NCBI GenBank assembly: GCA_050950765.1
Contig: JBMNIF010000003.1
Span: forward strand, 416,001-480,000
From: Bdellovibrionota bacterium
GTDB lineage: Bacteria > Bdellovibrionota_C > UBA2361 > JAAYZI01
Direction: 5' to 3'
Length of the DNA: 64,000 bases
Shown piece by piece: positions 30,323 to 40,892 of this stretch. Made by a program: the position numbers and the translations under genes. The notes under the pieces are model-generated. The model saw nothing but the letters and a program-made list of their open reading frames with translations. It had not been told where the DNA came from and did not search any database. Within the stretch, counting starts at the first letter, position 1. Every line of letters starts with the position of its first letter.

Positions 30323-32146
30323 CTAGTTTTCAGCAGAGTGCAAGCCCCCTGCGCCTGCTTTAAAATCTATATTACAACGGTCAGGATTACCCTCTCTCGC
30401 TGCCGAGCAGTTCCATAAACAAGCACCACAATGCACACACTTTTCTCTATCAAATAGCGGCACACCATTATCCTCGCCTTGAGTAATCGCTTGACCTGAA
30501 CAGAGAGAGATGCAAACCCGTTTTTTACATCTTTTGCAGAGGTCAGGATTTATAAACTTGACGTGATCGGCATAGCCAGCAGGAGCTTGCACCTTTCCAC
30601 CTAATAATAGAGCATCTTGTTGAGAAACGAGTAGTTTCCCATCAAACTCTATCTTCGGCCAACCGATCTTTGTCATCACAGCATCATGCAACGGAATTCC
30701 CTGCTCCTTTGCCTCCTTTCGTAAAGCGTCAATCTCTTCAGCAGAAAGAATACCTTTATAATAATCTTCCATAGAACGGATTCGGGCATATGATTTTTGA
30801 GACTTGCCTGAAACATTTAGAAGTCCCCGAGTAATCCCCGTTAATCCCATACCGATCACACCGCGCACAAATCCCTCACGGAAACCATCTCTACTTTTTT
30901 CTGCGATCACACTTTCCTTTTCCAACCAACTTGCACGCCTTTTTGCAAGATAAGTTTTTTCCAGATTTTCCTTAGTAAACGGCAATTTTTGTTGTAATAA
31001 TTCAATAACACCTTCCGCTAAAAACTTTCCGCTAGCCCACGCTTCATCAACACCAGAACCGGTTAAGATATTTGTTGTACCCGATCCTTCACCGATACGA
31101 GCGTAACCGTCACCTACTAAAAACGGCTCTCCACGCCTCCCAGATTCTTGCAATGTTTTAGCTCCCCATGAGCGCAGCCGTCCTCCCTCTAAAAACTGCC
31201 AGAGATAAGGATGCGTCATCCAATGTTGCAAGTAGCGATAACTTGTTCTAACGGGGTTATCTAACCATGACGGCACAAAAATACCTAACGTTGCCGTCTG
31301 TTCTGAGAGAACATACATAAAACCAAAGATCTCTGGCTCAGGATAACCAAAGGTATGAATTACAGTGCCTGCTTTCAAACCGTGTCCTTCCGGAAGTTCC
31401 ACAACACCCTTCATCCCAACAGCCCACTCCTGATTTTCATGACCATCAGGCAACCCGAAATGATCATCTAAAGCCTGTCCGACCTGCCCAACAGGTCCAT
31501 CTCCAACAACTGTCAGAGCAGCTTCAACCTCCATCCCTGGAGTGTAGGCGCTATCCGGATTTTCATTTTTATCAACGCCCTGATCTGTCAACTTTATCCC
31601 TTTAACTACATCACCCTCAAAAAGAGGTGCACTGACAGGACTAGCTGGCCAGATCTGCACCCGTCCATCACACATCAACTGTTCAGAAACCCACTGCGTA
31701 AATTGTCCGAATGAAAAAACCACGCCACCGTGTTTATTTAAAAACGGTGGAGTATATGGCAAACGAAAAGCGTAATTTTTTCGAGGTAAAACTTTATCGG
31801 CAAACTTTAGAAGGGGAGATCTTCTACTGGCACCGTGTGGATCTAATAGATACACCATCCTCTCTTCCGTAATAGGGTGCATTAACGGGATGGCGAGTTT
31901 TTCAATCTCTCCCAAAGATTCTCTGATGGCTTTTGCTTTTGATACAACACCAGAAACACCAAAACCTACACTATCCGCACGTTCATAGCACAACACCTGT
32001 AACGGCATTCCTGGAATTGCAGAGCTTTCTAAAACTACATTCCCCTCTTCGTCATAAATCGCTTTATTAAGAGTGTGTAAGAACGCTGCTGTGGCCGGAC
32101 CAAAACCTACACATGCGATATCAACCGCCATCTTCATTGCTTCCAT
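30323..32146 (-). CDS. FixC/ETF-quinone oxidoreductase-like flavoprotein with C-terminal 4Fe-4S (FixX-like) domain
   Basis: N-terminal Rossmann-like CVGFGPA, IGEGSG; C-terminal CKRC..C...C and CVHCGAC...C; ATG at 32146 has a GGAGGT RBS. Confidence 0.8.
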   Translation of the reverse strand: MEAMKMAVDIACVGFGPATAAFLHTLNKAIYDEEGNVVLESSAIPGMPLQVLCYERADSVGFGVSGVVSKAKAIRESLGEIEKLAIPLMHPITEERMVYLLDPHGASRRSPLLKFADKVLPRKNYAFRLPYTPPFLNKHGGVVFSFGQFTQWVSEQLMCDGRVQIWPASPVSAPLFEGDVVKGIKLTDQGVDKNENPDSAYTPGMEVEAALTVVGDGPVGQVGQALDDHFGLPDGHENQEWAVGMKGVVELPEGHGLKAGTVIHTFGYPEPEIFGFMYVLSEQTATLGIFVPSWLDNPVRTSYRYLQHWMTHPYLWQFLEGGRLRSWGAKTLQESGRRGEPFLVGDGYARIGEGSGTTNILTGSGVDEAWASGKFLAEGVIELLQQKLPFTKENLEKTYLAKRRASWLEKESVIAEKSRDGFREGFVRGVIGMGLTGITRGLLNVSGKSQKSYARIRSMEDYYKGILSAEEIDALRKEAKEQGIPLHDAVMTKIGWPKIEFDGKLLVSQQDALLLGGKVQAPAGYADHVKFINPDLCKRCKKRVCISLCSGQAITQGEDNGVPLFDREKCVHCGACLWNCSAAREGNPDRCNIDFKAGAGGLHSAEN

Positions 32147-32242
32147 AAGAACCTCCCTAAATACCGTGCAATCAATTCCCCCAATAATTAAAAAAGGTGC
32201 CTTTTTAACGGGCACCTCTTATCAACTACGCAACCTGCCTAA

Positions 32243-34333
32243 TTATAATTGCGGATAATCCAACGCTTCCGGAATCATTACCGTAGTCAAGGCTTGCGCA
32301 GCTCTATCTTTGGCAAATCTAAATCCCACTAAACGTCGATCTGTTTCAGCACGTAGATCTTCAAACTCTTTCAATTGATCACAAGAATCAACAGCACCAC
32401 TCTCTCTATAACCGTAAACCAGCTCCGTACAAATTCTTCCGACTTCACCAGCAGCATGCGCAGCTTGAACGGTACACAGGTCTGATAAGAAGTTGACGCA
32501 ACCACTTAATCCATCTGTAACAGCAGGGTTGTCCTGACCTTTTTCAGCGAGCTCAACAACATCAAGGATCTGAAAGCGTGATGCCAAGACCCAACATAAA
32601 GCATCCGCCAACGGGAAAGTAACACTCTGTCTTTGATTGTGATAGAGCACTTTACCTTTTGCATCTTTTGTTTTTAGGAGATACCGCACACACCAGAGCC
32701 ACATTCTCATAGCTTGTGCCGTAATTCCTGCCGCACAATATTTCTCAGCAAGACGATCTTGTTCAACAATCCACTGTTCAAATTGAGCAAGAAAAACTTC
32801 GTTTGTCATAGTCGCACTTAAGTGGCGTCTTTGCACAGCTTCTGGACCTTCATAAGTTGCTTCAAGTTGTGCATCTGTCCACTTTTGCATAAGGAATCCA
32901 GGACAATCTTCTGTAATTCCATAGCCTCCCATCAAGCTAACAGCTTCCCGCATCATCGTGGCACCGTATCCAGTATCCCAAAGTTTACAAGCTGGGCAGA
33001 GTACATTACTCAAAGCATCACCGACAACAAACTGCACTAACTTATCATTCAAGAGCTCTTCATATCGAGCAGCATCTCGCGCGCTATCTGGCGTAGCAGC
33101 AAGTTTAATAAACTCCAACGCCTGCGGGGTTACACTCTTAAAAACTTTTAGTTGTGCCCGTGCTCCCTCAATCTGCTGTTCTTTAAAATAGGAGTCTCTC
33201 CAATGATCGATAGTATCAAAATTATCTAACAGATAGGCCGCACCGAATCCTAAAGATGAAGCAGCTTCTCCAGCAGCCCAAACATCGACTAAGCGATGCA
33301 ATGGATCTTCTTTCATCTGCAATCCAGCTTCAAACCTCGGAGTGCCAGGATTTGTTCCTTCTCCACCACGGAAGCGTTGTCTCTGATAACGGATAATGGG
33401 TTCAACAGCTGAAATTAACTTAGCAGCCGTCATCAATCCGACCGTAACTCTGGTTCTGCGAAAAGTAGCTTCAATCACATCACCGTGATTGTAATTAGGA
33501 ACGATAACACCGTCTTTAATCTTATAACCACCAACGATCCTACTAGCTGGAACTTTAGCAGTAATAATTGGGTCTCTCGTTGATGATAACTGATGAACCA
33601 TCTTTAATGTTATAGCACCACGATCAAATGTGCCTTCATCATCTTCATGCACAACAATCATGCAGCTTCCTTTTATACGAGGATCTGCAGAATCAACGGC
33701 AGCCGTTACAAAGTTAGCGAAATCCATATTTGTAATAAATCGTCCCCGTTTTTGGACTTCAAGAATCGGCTCTTGTCCTTCTTTCCATTCAGCAACTTTT
33801 ATCTTTCCGCACAACACCCCTGTATCAACTCCTACATACGGAAGGGGTTCCGTTAAAGCAAAGGCACCGCGCAGCTGTTTGCGATCTTCATTGGGCTGCG
33901 GTGGAACAGATTGCGAAAGATAATAGCGACGTTGTTCTTCGGTGCCGCGCTCACAGATCGGAGCAAGAGCTAAGTTACCCGCTAAGCTACACGTTGCAGA
34001 ACCGCCATCCACCCAAGCAAGTTCGAAAGCAACTAGAGCAACAGCCATATTTTTAGGACCTTCTACGAAACCGCCCATTTCAGGATCCATAAAGGCTGCC
34101 GTAATTCCTGACTCATCAAAGCATTTCAACATATTTTGTTTAGCAGGGGTCCATTCATGAAATTTACGCTCGCCGCTAGCTACCATTTTAGCAACAACGC
34201 TACGTGCCACAGTTCTTGTTGACTGCACCAGCATCTGCAAATCATATCGATCTGAAAAACGCCACATTATCTGACGAATATCGTCTCCCGGTAAGGTTTT
34301 TAATGTTTCAGCACCGTCACCCGTCATGTTCAT
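32243..34333 (-). CDS. Acyl-CoA dehydrogenase family protein
   Basis: AFALTEP, GRFITN, SLMGGYG, TYEG. Confidence 0.88.
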   Translation of the reverse strand: MNMTGDGAETLKTLPGDDIRQIMWRFSDRYDLQMLVQSTRTVARSVVAKMVASGERKFHEWTPAKQNMLKCFDESGITAAFMDPEMGGFVEGPKNMAVALVAFELAWVDGGSATCSLAGNLALAPICERGTEEQRRYYLSQSVPPQPNEDRKQLRGAFALTEPLPYVGVDTGVLCGKIKVAEWKEGQEPILEVQKRGRFITNMDFANFVTAAVDSADPRIKGSCMIVVHEDDEGTFDRGAITLKMVHQLSSTRDPIITAKVPASRIVGGYKIKDGVIVPNYNHGDVIEATFRRTRVTVGLMTAAKLISAVEPIIRYQRQRFRGGEGTNPGTPRFEAGLQMKEDPLHRLVDVWAAGEAASSLGFGAAYLLDNFDTIDHWRDSYFKEQQIEGARAQLKVFKSVTPQALEFIKLAATPDSARDAARYEELLNDKLVQFVVGDALSNVLCPACKLWDTGYGATMMREAVSLMGGYGITEDCPGFLMQKWTDAQLEATYEGPEAVQRRHLSATMTNEVFLAQFEQWIVEQDRLAEKYCAAGITAQAMRMWLWCVRYLLKTKDAKGKVLYHNQRQSVTFPLADALCWVLASRFQILDVVELAEKGQDNPAVTDGLSGCVNFLSDLCTVQAAHAAGEVGRICTELVYGYRESGAVDSCDQLKEFEDLRAETDRRLVGFRFAKDRAAQALTTVMIPEALDYPQL

Positions 34334-34682
34334 ATCCTTTTTAAAGGTGTTTTAAAAAATAAAAAAAAATAAGGGTCTTTAATACATGCCCACAACTCAT
34401 AAGTTTATTGAAGATTAAGATAGGGATAGCTAACAAAGAATCACACCCACAAAAAATCGTCCAGACATACTAATCCGTTCAGAGGCAAGTCTCAAGTCCT
34501 TAGCATGTTAGTAATTAACAATTTAGGGATAATAAGCATTAAATGGATTATTCAGATAAAAAATGACCCCCTAAAAATCTTAAGTGCCGCACTTAAATTA
34601 AGCCAATCAATCGAAAAAACAAGCCAATTAGCCCCCTAGAACGATCGTTCTAAACCGCAATCCCTTCAATGAATCAGGTCAA

Positions 34683-36215
34683 TCAATCCATTATCTCATT
34701 CAAGCCGTCGCGTAGGATCTCTTTCTCGATCTCTATCTGATCTGTTGTTGGGATTTCGTAATTGCGATCGTTTGGATGTATTGGAATGCCTTGCGCATAA
34801 ATTCCTTGCCTCTGAAAACGCCACAGAGCAAAATAATTGAGCCCTCGAGAATATGCTGTCTTTTGTAAAAGCTTAACATCATCAACAGAAAGCCCAGCTC
34901 CGTTCTCCCAAGGGAAATAATAACTTTGACCGTCAAGGGTTAGCCCGTCACCCTTTGAAAGTGCCCCTATATCATCAGAGTGGTGCAGCTCTATCGGATC
35001 CCCTGCGCCTTCAGCATCATTACCTGCATAACAATTCGGACAGGGGTTGCGGACGAATTGTACATTTTTATCAAGATGCGTCTCTGCTATCGATCGCATT
35101 GCAAGATACGATACCACGTCAAGATTATCCTCAAGCATCACTATTGCAATATTTTTATTCCGTGCATTTAACGAGGTATTAAAATCAAACACAGGCTTTA
35201 CCTCTTTCACCATCTCTGCAAACTTATTACGCGTCTCAGAATCATAACGGATTAGAGATCTGAAATCTCTGGGGCTCACCATATTAAATCCAGCATCAAT
35301 AGTTGTCCTATCATGCTTACGCATAGTTGAGCCGTTACTAAGGTAGAGCGCTAAGGTAATAATTCGACCCCTCTCACTAAAGATCTGCAAAACCCTTTTC
35401 AAATACTCAAAGTCTTTACCAAAGGTGCCATCCGCTAAAACCCCTAAAAAGATCTCTCGAATCCCCGAATCTAAAAGAGTTTGTAACTCCGCTGCGACAG
35501 TCCGTCTGGCATTCGGCTGCATTAAATATAACATGGCATAGCCCCTAGCCTGCCCTGTGTATAACGGTGCTGCTTCATCTTTCGGAGTTGGCGTTGGTTC
35601 AGGCTTGGTCGGCTCTACAATACTTATTTTTGTAGTAGTATTTGAAGGCGTTTTCTTACTCATTATCCCTGGAATTAAGCCATAATCGCTATCTTCAATA
35701 ATAGCACCTGACTCACGCAATTCATTAAGGTCTTCTTCGTTCAAAATAGGATCTGACACACCATCTTCAACAGATGGTGAAGGAAGTGACGTCGGCACAC
35801 TACTCGGCGGCATGCTATCCTCCAAGGCAAGTTCAGAACGTGCCGCATCTAAGCTGTCTTTTACTGCAAGTAGTTTTTGATCACTTGCACTAACACCATT
35901 ATCACTGTGTAAAAGCTGCTTGGCAGTCCGAATAGTTTCAGATTTAACCAACTTTGAATCTTTCTCCAGCTCCGCTTCCTCAACTGTTTCAGGTGTAACT
36001 TGATTTTTCTTAGATAAGTCATGCGCTTTGTTGATAGCACTTTCTTCAGTAGAAGCTGGTGTTATTTCTCCCTGCTTTTCCTTTTTTTGCACGATTTTGC
36101 GGAACGTAGTTCGTGATAAATTCGACAATGTCGTCTTTCCGCTGAGCGCTCTCGTAACTAATAGCGACACCACAAGTAACACCAAACAGAGTATTACATA
36201 TTTTTTTTTAATCAT
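34683..36215 (-). CDS. Hypothetical exported/anchored protein with a disordered N-terminus and a globular C-terminal domain
   Basis: 510-aa ORF; basic plus hydrophobic N-terminus; Pro/Ser/Thr linker; no family recognised. Confidence 0.6.
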   Translation of the reverse strand: MIKKKYVILCLVLLVVSLLVTRALSGKTTLSNLSRTTFRKIVQKKEKQGEITPASTEESAINKAHDLSKKNQVTPETVEEAELEKDSKLVKSETIRTAKQLLHSDNGVSASDQKLLAVKDSLDAARSELALEDSMPPSSVPTSLPSPSVEDGVSDPILNEEDLNELRESGAIIEDSDYGLIPGIMSKKTPSNTTTKISIVEPTKPEPTPTPKDEAAPLYTGQARGYAMLYLMQPNARRTVAAELQTLLDSGIREIFLGVLADGTFGKDFEYLKRVLQIFSERGRIITLALYLSNGSTMRKHDRTTIDAGFNMVSPRDFRSLIRYDSETRNKFAEMVKEVKPVFDFNTSLNARNKNIAIVMLEDNLDVVSYLAMRSIAETHLDKNVQFVRNPCPNCYAGNDAEGAGDPIELHHSDDIGALSKGDGLTLDGQSYYFPWENGAGLSVDDVKLLQKTAYSRGLNYFALWRFQRQGIYAQGIPIHPNDRNYEIPTTDQIEIEKEILRDGLNEIMD

Positions 36216-36432
36216 CGCTACTCATCACCCGTAAAAAATCTCTCCCCTTTTGGCACGCCTATCACTGCAAAAAAACAGAGATTAAGAGCATCTCTCACAT
36301 CGTTAACAAATTCAAGTAATAAATCCATCTTGCTAGCTTAGATCACTTGTCGCAAAATGACACTCCTAAGTAACACAATTAAATGTTCTCTGCTTTTTTC
36401 GGTTATGTATTAGGTTATGTATTAGGTTTAAA

Positions 36433-37482
36433 ATGCCAATAGTTAGCTCCTCTTCATTTTCAACGCATATAAAAAACGGTTATATTCAAACCATACTTCC
36501 ACCATTTTTTTATAAGTCAGAAAAACATCCCGTACAGTATTACAGAAGGCGTATCTTAACCCCCGATCAAGATTTTCTAGATCTGGATTGGCTGTGTGGC
36601 GGCAACTCGCGTGCCATAATTATTACCCACGCCTTAGAAGGCTCTTCACAGAGTTGGTACGTTAAACAAGCAGCTAAACAACTTCTATCTGCTGGCTGGG
36701 ATGTCTTAGCTTGGAACTTAAGAAGTTGTAGCACAGAGTTGAATAAATGCCCGACTTGGTACCATGCTGGTTCCGTAGAAGACCTTGCTCGAGTCTTTTC
36801 GCACGCACTTTTTACCAAAAGATATCAAGAGATCTGCATGTTGGGATTCGGCTTCGGAGGCGTTATCACCCTTAATTTTCTCGGTTCACACAGTCATGAG
36901 ATTGCACAGTTAGTAAATCGCACTGTTGTTTGTTCCGTTCCATGCGATCTTGAGTCTTATATGCAAAAGACAACTTCATGGCGTAATAATATCTTTTACA
37001 CAGGTATTTTACGAAGCTTGAAAAATAAAATACGTAAGAAAACTGTTTTATTTCCGGAAGTTTTTAAAGATATTGACCTAAATAAAATACGTAACTTAAA
37101 AGAGTTTGATACCTTCTGTACCGCCCCGCTGCACGGCTTTAACAGTGCAGCTGACTATTGGAAAGTCTGCAGCCCCAAACGCATCTTGTTAAAAATCGAA
37201 GCACCAACACTAATTATCAACGCACTTAACGATCCATTTCTGCCCGAGATCTGCTTCCCCTACGAGGCAGCACTAAAAAGCAATTTTATCCATCTGGAGA
37301 CACCCCTTACGGGTGGGCATCTAGGTTTTTACACCAATTTTTTAAAAACAAACTGGTTTATCTCTCGTGCACTAGAGTTTTTAGAACCTTTCGCTGGCAT
37401 TACAGCAGATACTCCTTTAGAGAATCCGAGTTCAGGAACTTCAACTCCTAAAGAGCGACTTCAGCGCGCTGTCGGAGAATAG
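36433..37482 (+). CDS. YheT-like alpha/beta hydrolase-fold protein lacking the nucleophilic Ser
   Basis: DFLDLDW, HALEGS, NLRSCS, YHAG, FD..TAPLHGF..A.DYW, NALNDPF, GGHLGF; nucleophile elbow reads GFGFGG. Confidence 0.85.
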   Translation: MPIVSSSSFSTHIKNGYIQTILPPFFYKSEKHPVQYYRRRILTPDQDFLDLDWLCGGNSRAIIITHALEGSSQSWYVKQAAKQLLSAGWDVLAWNLRSCSTELNKCPTWYHAGSVEDLARVFSHALFTKRYQEICMLGFGFGGVITLNFLGSHSHEIAQLVNRTVVCSVPCDLESYMQKTTSWRNNIFYTGILRSLKNKIRKKTVLFPEVFKDIDLNKIRNLKEFDTFCTAPLHGFNSAADYWKVCSPKRILLKIEAPTLIINALNDPFLPEICFPYEAALKSNFIHLETPLTGGHLGFYTNFLKTNWFISRALEFLEPFAGITADTPLENPSSGTSTPKERLQRAVGE

Positions 37483-37794
37483 CTTTAACAAACAATAAAT
37501 AATTATTTTTTCCTACACATTTATATATATTCCATATATATTCACACTACGTCTTAAAGCATTTCAAAAATGTAGTGGGTAAAATTTTATTCATTCATCT
37601 AAAAACAATGCTTGCTTCTGAAAACTTTATGCCGTATAGGAACCCTTATGCGTTTTTTAAAGAAAAATTTAAATTCATTTTAATTCAAGGAGGGTCAAGA
37701 AAACAAAAAATCAAACATACATAAAAGCAATTGTTTCTTTAGTTTTTTCGGATACTTATTTAATTAACACTCACATTCAAATTGAGGATTAGTC

Positions 37795-39876
37795 ATGCAA
37801 ACATATCAGACTATAGATCTAAGGAATATCGCATTAGTTGGTCACGGTTCTTGTGGCAAAACCAGTCTAAGCGAAGCTATGCTAGTTTGTACCGGAGTCA
37901 TAGATCGCATGGGCACAATAGAAGCAGGAAACACGATTTCTGATTATCATGATGATGAAAAAGCAAGACAGATTTCGATTAGTACTGGTTTACTTAATCT
38001 TGAGTGGAACAATAAGAAAATTAACCTCCTTGATACCCCTGGATATTCAGATTTTATCGGAGAAGCTATCAGCGCGCTAACTGTCTCAGATTGTGCACTT
38101 GTAATTATCAATGCAGGTCAAGGCGTTCAAGTTGGAACGGAGCAGTTGTGGCAACGTGCTGAAGATAAAAAAATGCCTATTATAGCTGCGATTACAGGGC
38201 TTGATAAAGAACACGCTGATTATGAAGCTATTTTAACAGAAGCAAAAAAGACTTTCGGCAATAAATTGATCCCCATGTTAATTCCACTGAATCAAGGTGT
38301 TGGTTTTAATCAGGTTGCCGATGTCATTCGTAAAAAGATTTTAACATTCAAAACCGACGGTAGCGGTCAATTCGAAGAGAGCGCACTTCCCGCTGATTTG
38401 CAGGAAACAATCAATAAATATCATCAAGATCTGGTAGAATATGTTGCAGAAAGTGATGATTCTTTAATGGAGAAGTTTTTTGATCAAGGTGGACTTTCGG
38501 AAGATGAATTAAAGGACGGGTTACACACTGCCTTTCAAACAGGTTCCTTTGTACCAGTTTATCCCATAGCTGGACGTAGTAATATCGGTGTTGTACGAAT
38601 GCTGGATTTTATCACAAAATACGGCACTTCCCCACTTGACAATCCCAGCACTATCGTTACGGACGGCTCCACAGAAAATGTAGAGTTAGAAATTACAGAT
38701 CCACGCACAGCTTTATATATTTTTAAAACAAGTAGCGAAGCTCATATCGGAGAAGTTTCGTACTTCCGCGTCCTTTCAGGGAAAGTAAGCACCGGTATGG
38801 ATCTATTGAACAGTACTCAACAGAAGCCGGAACGTTTAGGGCAAGTTGCTATCGTTTGTGGCAAGAACAGAACTTCTGTTGACGAACTCTCGGCGGGAGA
38901 TATCGGGAGTACCGTTAAGCTAAAGGTCTCAAAAGCAGGAGATACTTTATGCGATCAGAAAAGCGCCATTATTTATCCTGCCATAGAATATCCCGCTCCT
39001 AATATGGGAGCCGCATTAAAAGCGAAATCAAAAAGTGATGAAGATAAGATCGGATTAGGCTTAGCCGCTCTTAAACAAGAAGATCCGACTTTTAATTATT
39101 TTATGGATTCTGAAACGAAACAGACTGTAATAACAGGACAAGGTGAGTTGCACCTGCAAGTTGCTATGGAACGTTTGAAGGCGAGGTTTAACATTGACCT
39201 TGATCTAATAGAACCGAAAATTCCGTATCGTGAAACTATTGCTGGCAAAGCAGATTCTAAGTATCGCCACAAAAAACAATCAGGTGGTGCGGGGCAATTC
39301 GCTGAGGTGTGGATGACAGTTGAAGCGCTTCCTCGTGGTTCTGGAATAGAGTTCACGCAAACTCTTGTTGGGCAAAATGTAGACCGCGTTTTTGTTCCCT
39401 CTGTTGAAAAGGGAGTTTATGCTGCTTGCGAAGAAGGTCCATTAGCTGGATGTAAAGTCGTTGATGTAAAAATCAATTTCTATGACGGCAAGATGCACCC
39501 CGTTGATTCAAAGGATATCGCCTTTCAGATCGCAGGAAAAGAAGGTTTTAGAGAAGCCTTTATGAACGCTAAACCTTGCCTACTGGAGCCGATCTACAAT
39601 ATCTCGGTAAAAGTTCCTGAAGAGTATATGGGTGACGTTATGGGCGATATCTCATCTCGTCGTGGTAGGATCCAAGGGACTGAAGCTGAGGGGAACTTTA
39701 CCGTAGTTAAAGGGCAAGTTCCTCAAGCAAATCTCTATCAATATGCAACGGCTTTGCGTTCAATAACAGGTGGTCGCGGCATCTTTTCTCGTGAGTTTAG
39801 CCACTATGCCGAGATGCCGAAAGAGATGGAAGAAAAAGTTATCGCTGAGATGAAGAGAGACGCTGAATCAGCTTAA
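37795..39876 (+). CDS. Elongation factor G paralog (EF-G2/FusA2-like)
   Basis: Full EF-G architecture (GQGELHL, KKQSGGAGQF, VDS, LLEP, GD.SSRRG) but divergent G motifs: GHGSCGKT, DTPGY, TGLD. Confidence 0.9.
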   Translation: MQTYQTIDLRNIALVGHGSCGKTSLSEAMLVCTGVIDRMGTIEAGNTISDYHDDEKARQISISTGLLNLEWNNKKINLLDTPGYSDFIGEAISALTVSDCALVIINAGQGVQVGTEQLWQRAEDKKMPIIAAITGLDKEHADYEAILTEAKKTFGNKLIPMLIPLNQGVGFNQVADVIRKKILTFKTDGSGQFEESALPADLQETINKYHQDLVEYVAESDDSLMEKFFDQGGLSEDELKDGLHTAFQTGSFVPVYPIAGRSNIGVVRMLDFITKYGTSPLDNPSTIVTDGSTENVELEITDPRTALYIFKTSSEAHIGEVSYFRVLSGKVSTGMDLLNSTQQKPERLGQVAIVCGKNRTSVDELSAGDIGSTVKLKVSKAGDTLCDQKSAIIYPAIEYPAPNMGAALKAKSKSDEDKIGLGLAALKQEDPTFNYFMDSETKQTVITGQGELHLQVAMERLKARFNIDLDLIEPKIPYRETIAGKADSKYRHKKQSGGAGQFAEVWMTVEALPRGSGIEFTQTLVGQNVDRVFVPSVEKGVYAACEEGPLAGCKVVDVKINFYDGKMHPVDSKDIAFQIAGKEGFREAFMNAKPCLLEPIYNISVKVPEEYMGDVMGDISSRRGRIQGTEAEGNFTVVKGQVPQANLYQYATALRSITGGRGIFSREFSHYAEMPKEMEEKVIAEMKRDAESA

Positions 39877-39888
39877 ATATTTTACGAG

Positions 39889-39919
39889 GGAAGTGAGATG
39901 TGTCACACATCTCGCTTCC
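39889..39919 (+). terminator. Stem-loop after the EF-G paralog
   Basis: GGAAGTGAGATGTG-tca-CACATCTCGCTTCC, a 14-bp stem with one mismatch; weak U-tail. Confidence 0.5.
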
Positions 39920-40060
39920 TATGAGTTAGGTTCTCCTTAGCCTAGACAGTTTTTAAAAAGCTTCCTGCATCTGTTTTTATGTTAAAACATAAACCTGTCA
40001 AGAATATGGAAGGTTAATCGCTTACGTTATAATCGTGAAGACCTCTTATAAAAATGTATA

Positions 40061-40762
40061 ATGATTCAAAACGATACCGAAACTCATAGTTCATCAGTAA
40101 TTATAAACTCTATCATAGATCAAGCGGTACAGATAAGGTCTCTTTCAGATCGGATAGAGTTTATCTCATCAAGTTTTTTAGGTGCCCCTTATCAAGTAAA
40201 TCCATTAGTAGGTTCTGCTAGTACACCTGAAAGCTTTACAGCCTCCATAAGCGCTTTTGATTGTGTAACTTTTTGTGAAACTGTTTTGGCACTCACCTTT
40301 TCAAAAAACGGTGCAGATTTTAATAGTATTTTGCAACAGATTCGTTACAAGTGCGCTCAAATAAGTTGGCTTACTCGTAATCACTATATGACTTCATGGA
40401 TTGAAGAAAATATCAGAAATAACTTTATAAAATTAGATAGAACATTTTCCAACGCCACGATCTCCCGTCTTTTATCCACACTGGACGGCTACCCCCCACA
40501 AGAAGCGACTATCTATTATCGTCCTATTGAACTATTTTCATCGTATGACGTGATTAAAGATGCAACGTTTCTTCTTTTCGTCAGTACCCGTTCTAATTTA
40601 GATTATTTTCATCTAGGTATCGCCGTTAGAAAAAATGATGAGCTCTATCTGCGTCATGCTGCTAAAAGTATCGGTTCTGTTAATGACGAACTATTTTCTA
40701 ATTTTTTAGCTAGAAACAGTATGTTGGGGATAACTATGCTTGAAGTTATTGAAGAACGTTAA
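40061..40762 (+). CDS. DUF1460 / NlpC-P60-like N-acetylmuramoyl-L-alanine amidase
   Basis: FLGAPY, FDCVTFCE, RNHY, HLGI, HA. Confidence 0.85.
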   Translation: MIQNDTETHSSSVIINSIIDQAVQIRSLSDRIEFISSSFLGAPYQVNPLVGSASTPESFTASISAFDCVTFCETVLALTFSKNGADFNSILQQIRYKCAQISWLTRNHYMTSWIEENIRNNFIKLDRTFSNATISRLLSTLDGYPPQEATIYYRPIELFSSYDVIKDATFLLFVSTRSNLDYFHLGIAVRKNDELYLRHAAKSIGSVNDELFSNFLARNSMLGITMLEVIEER

Positions 40763-40892
40763 AGTTTTTTTCCTTTAATTTTCTTATAAAAATTAAGCTA
40801 CTCTAATGTGCCGATAAAAAGATATCTACTGTGCATTTAAAATATCTGTTATACCCCTTTTTATTTGAGAGCAATAGTGTGGGGAGAGTTTT

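Noticed and set aside
36251..36270. TGGCACG...TGCA sigma54-like site
   Set aside because: The GG-to-GC spacing is not 10 bp
36401..36428. GGTTATGTATTA 12-bp tandem repeat before the YheT-like gene
   Set aside because: Only about 2.3 copies; cannot be distinguished from a chance slippage duplication
40787..40817. GCCGATAA sigma28 -10 box upstream of pepP
   Set aside because: No TAAA-like -35 element at 15-bp spacing
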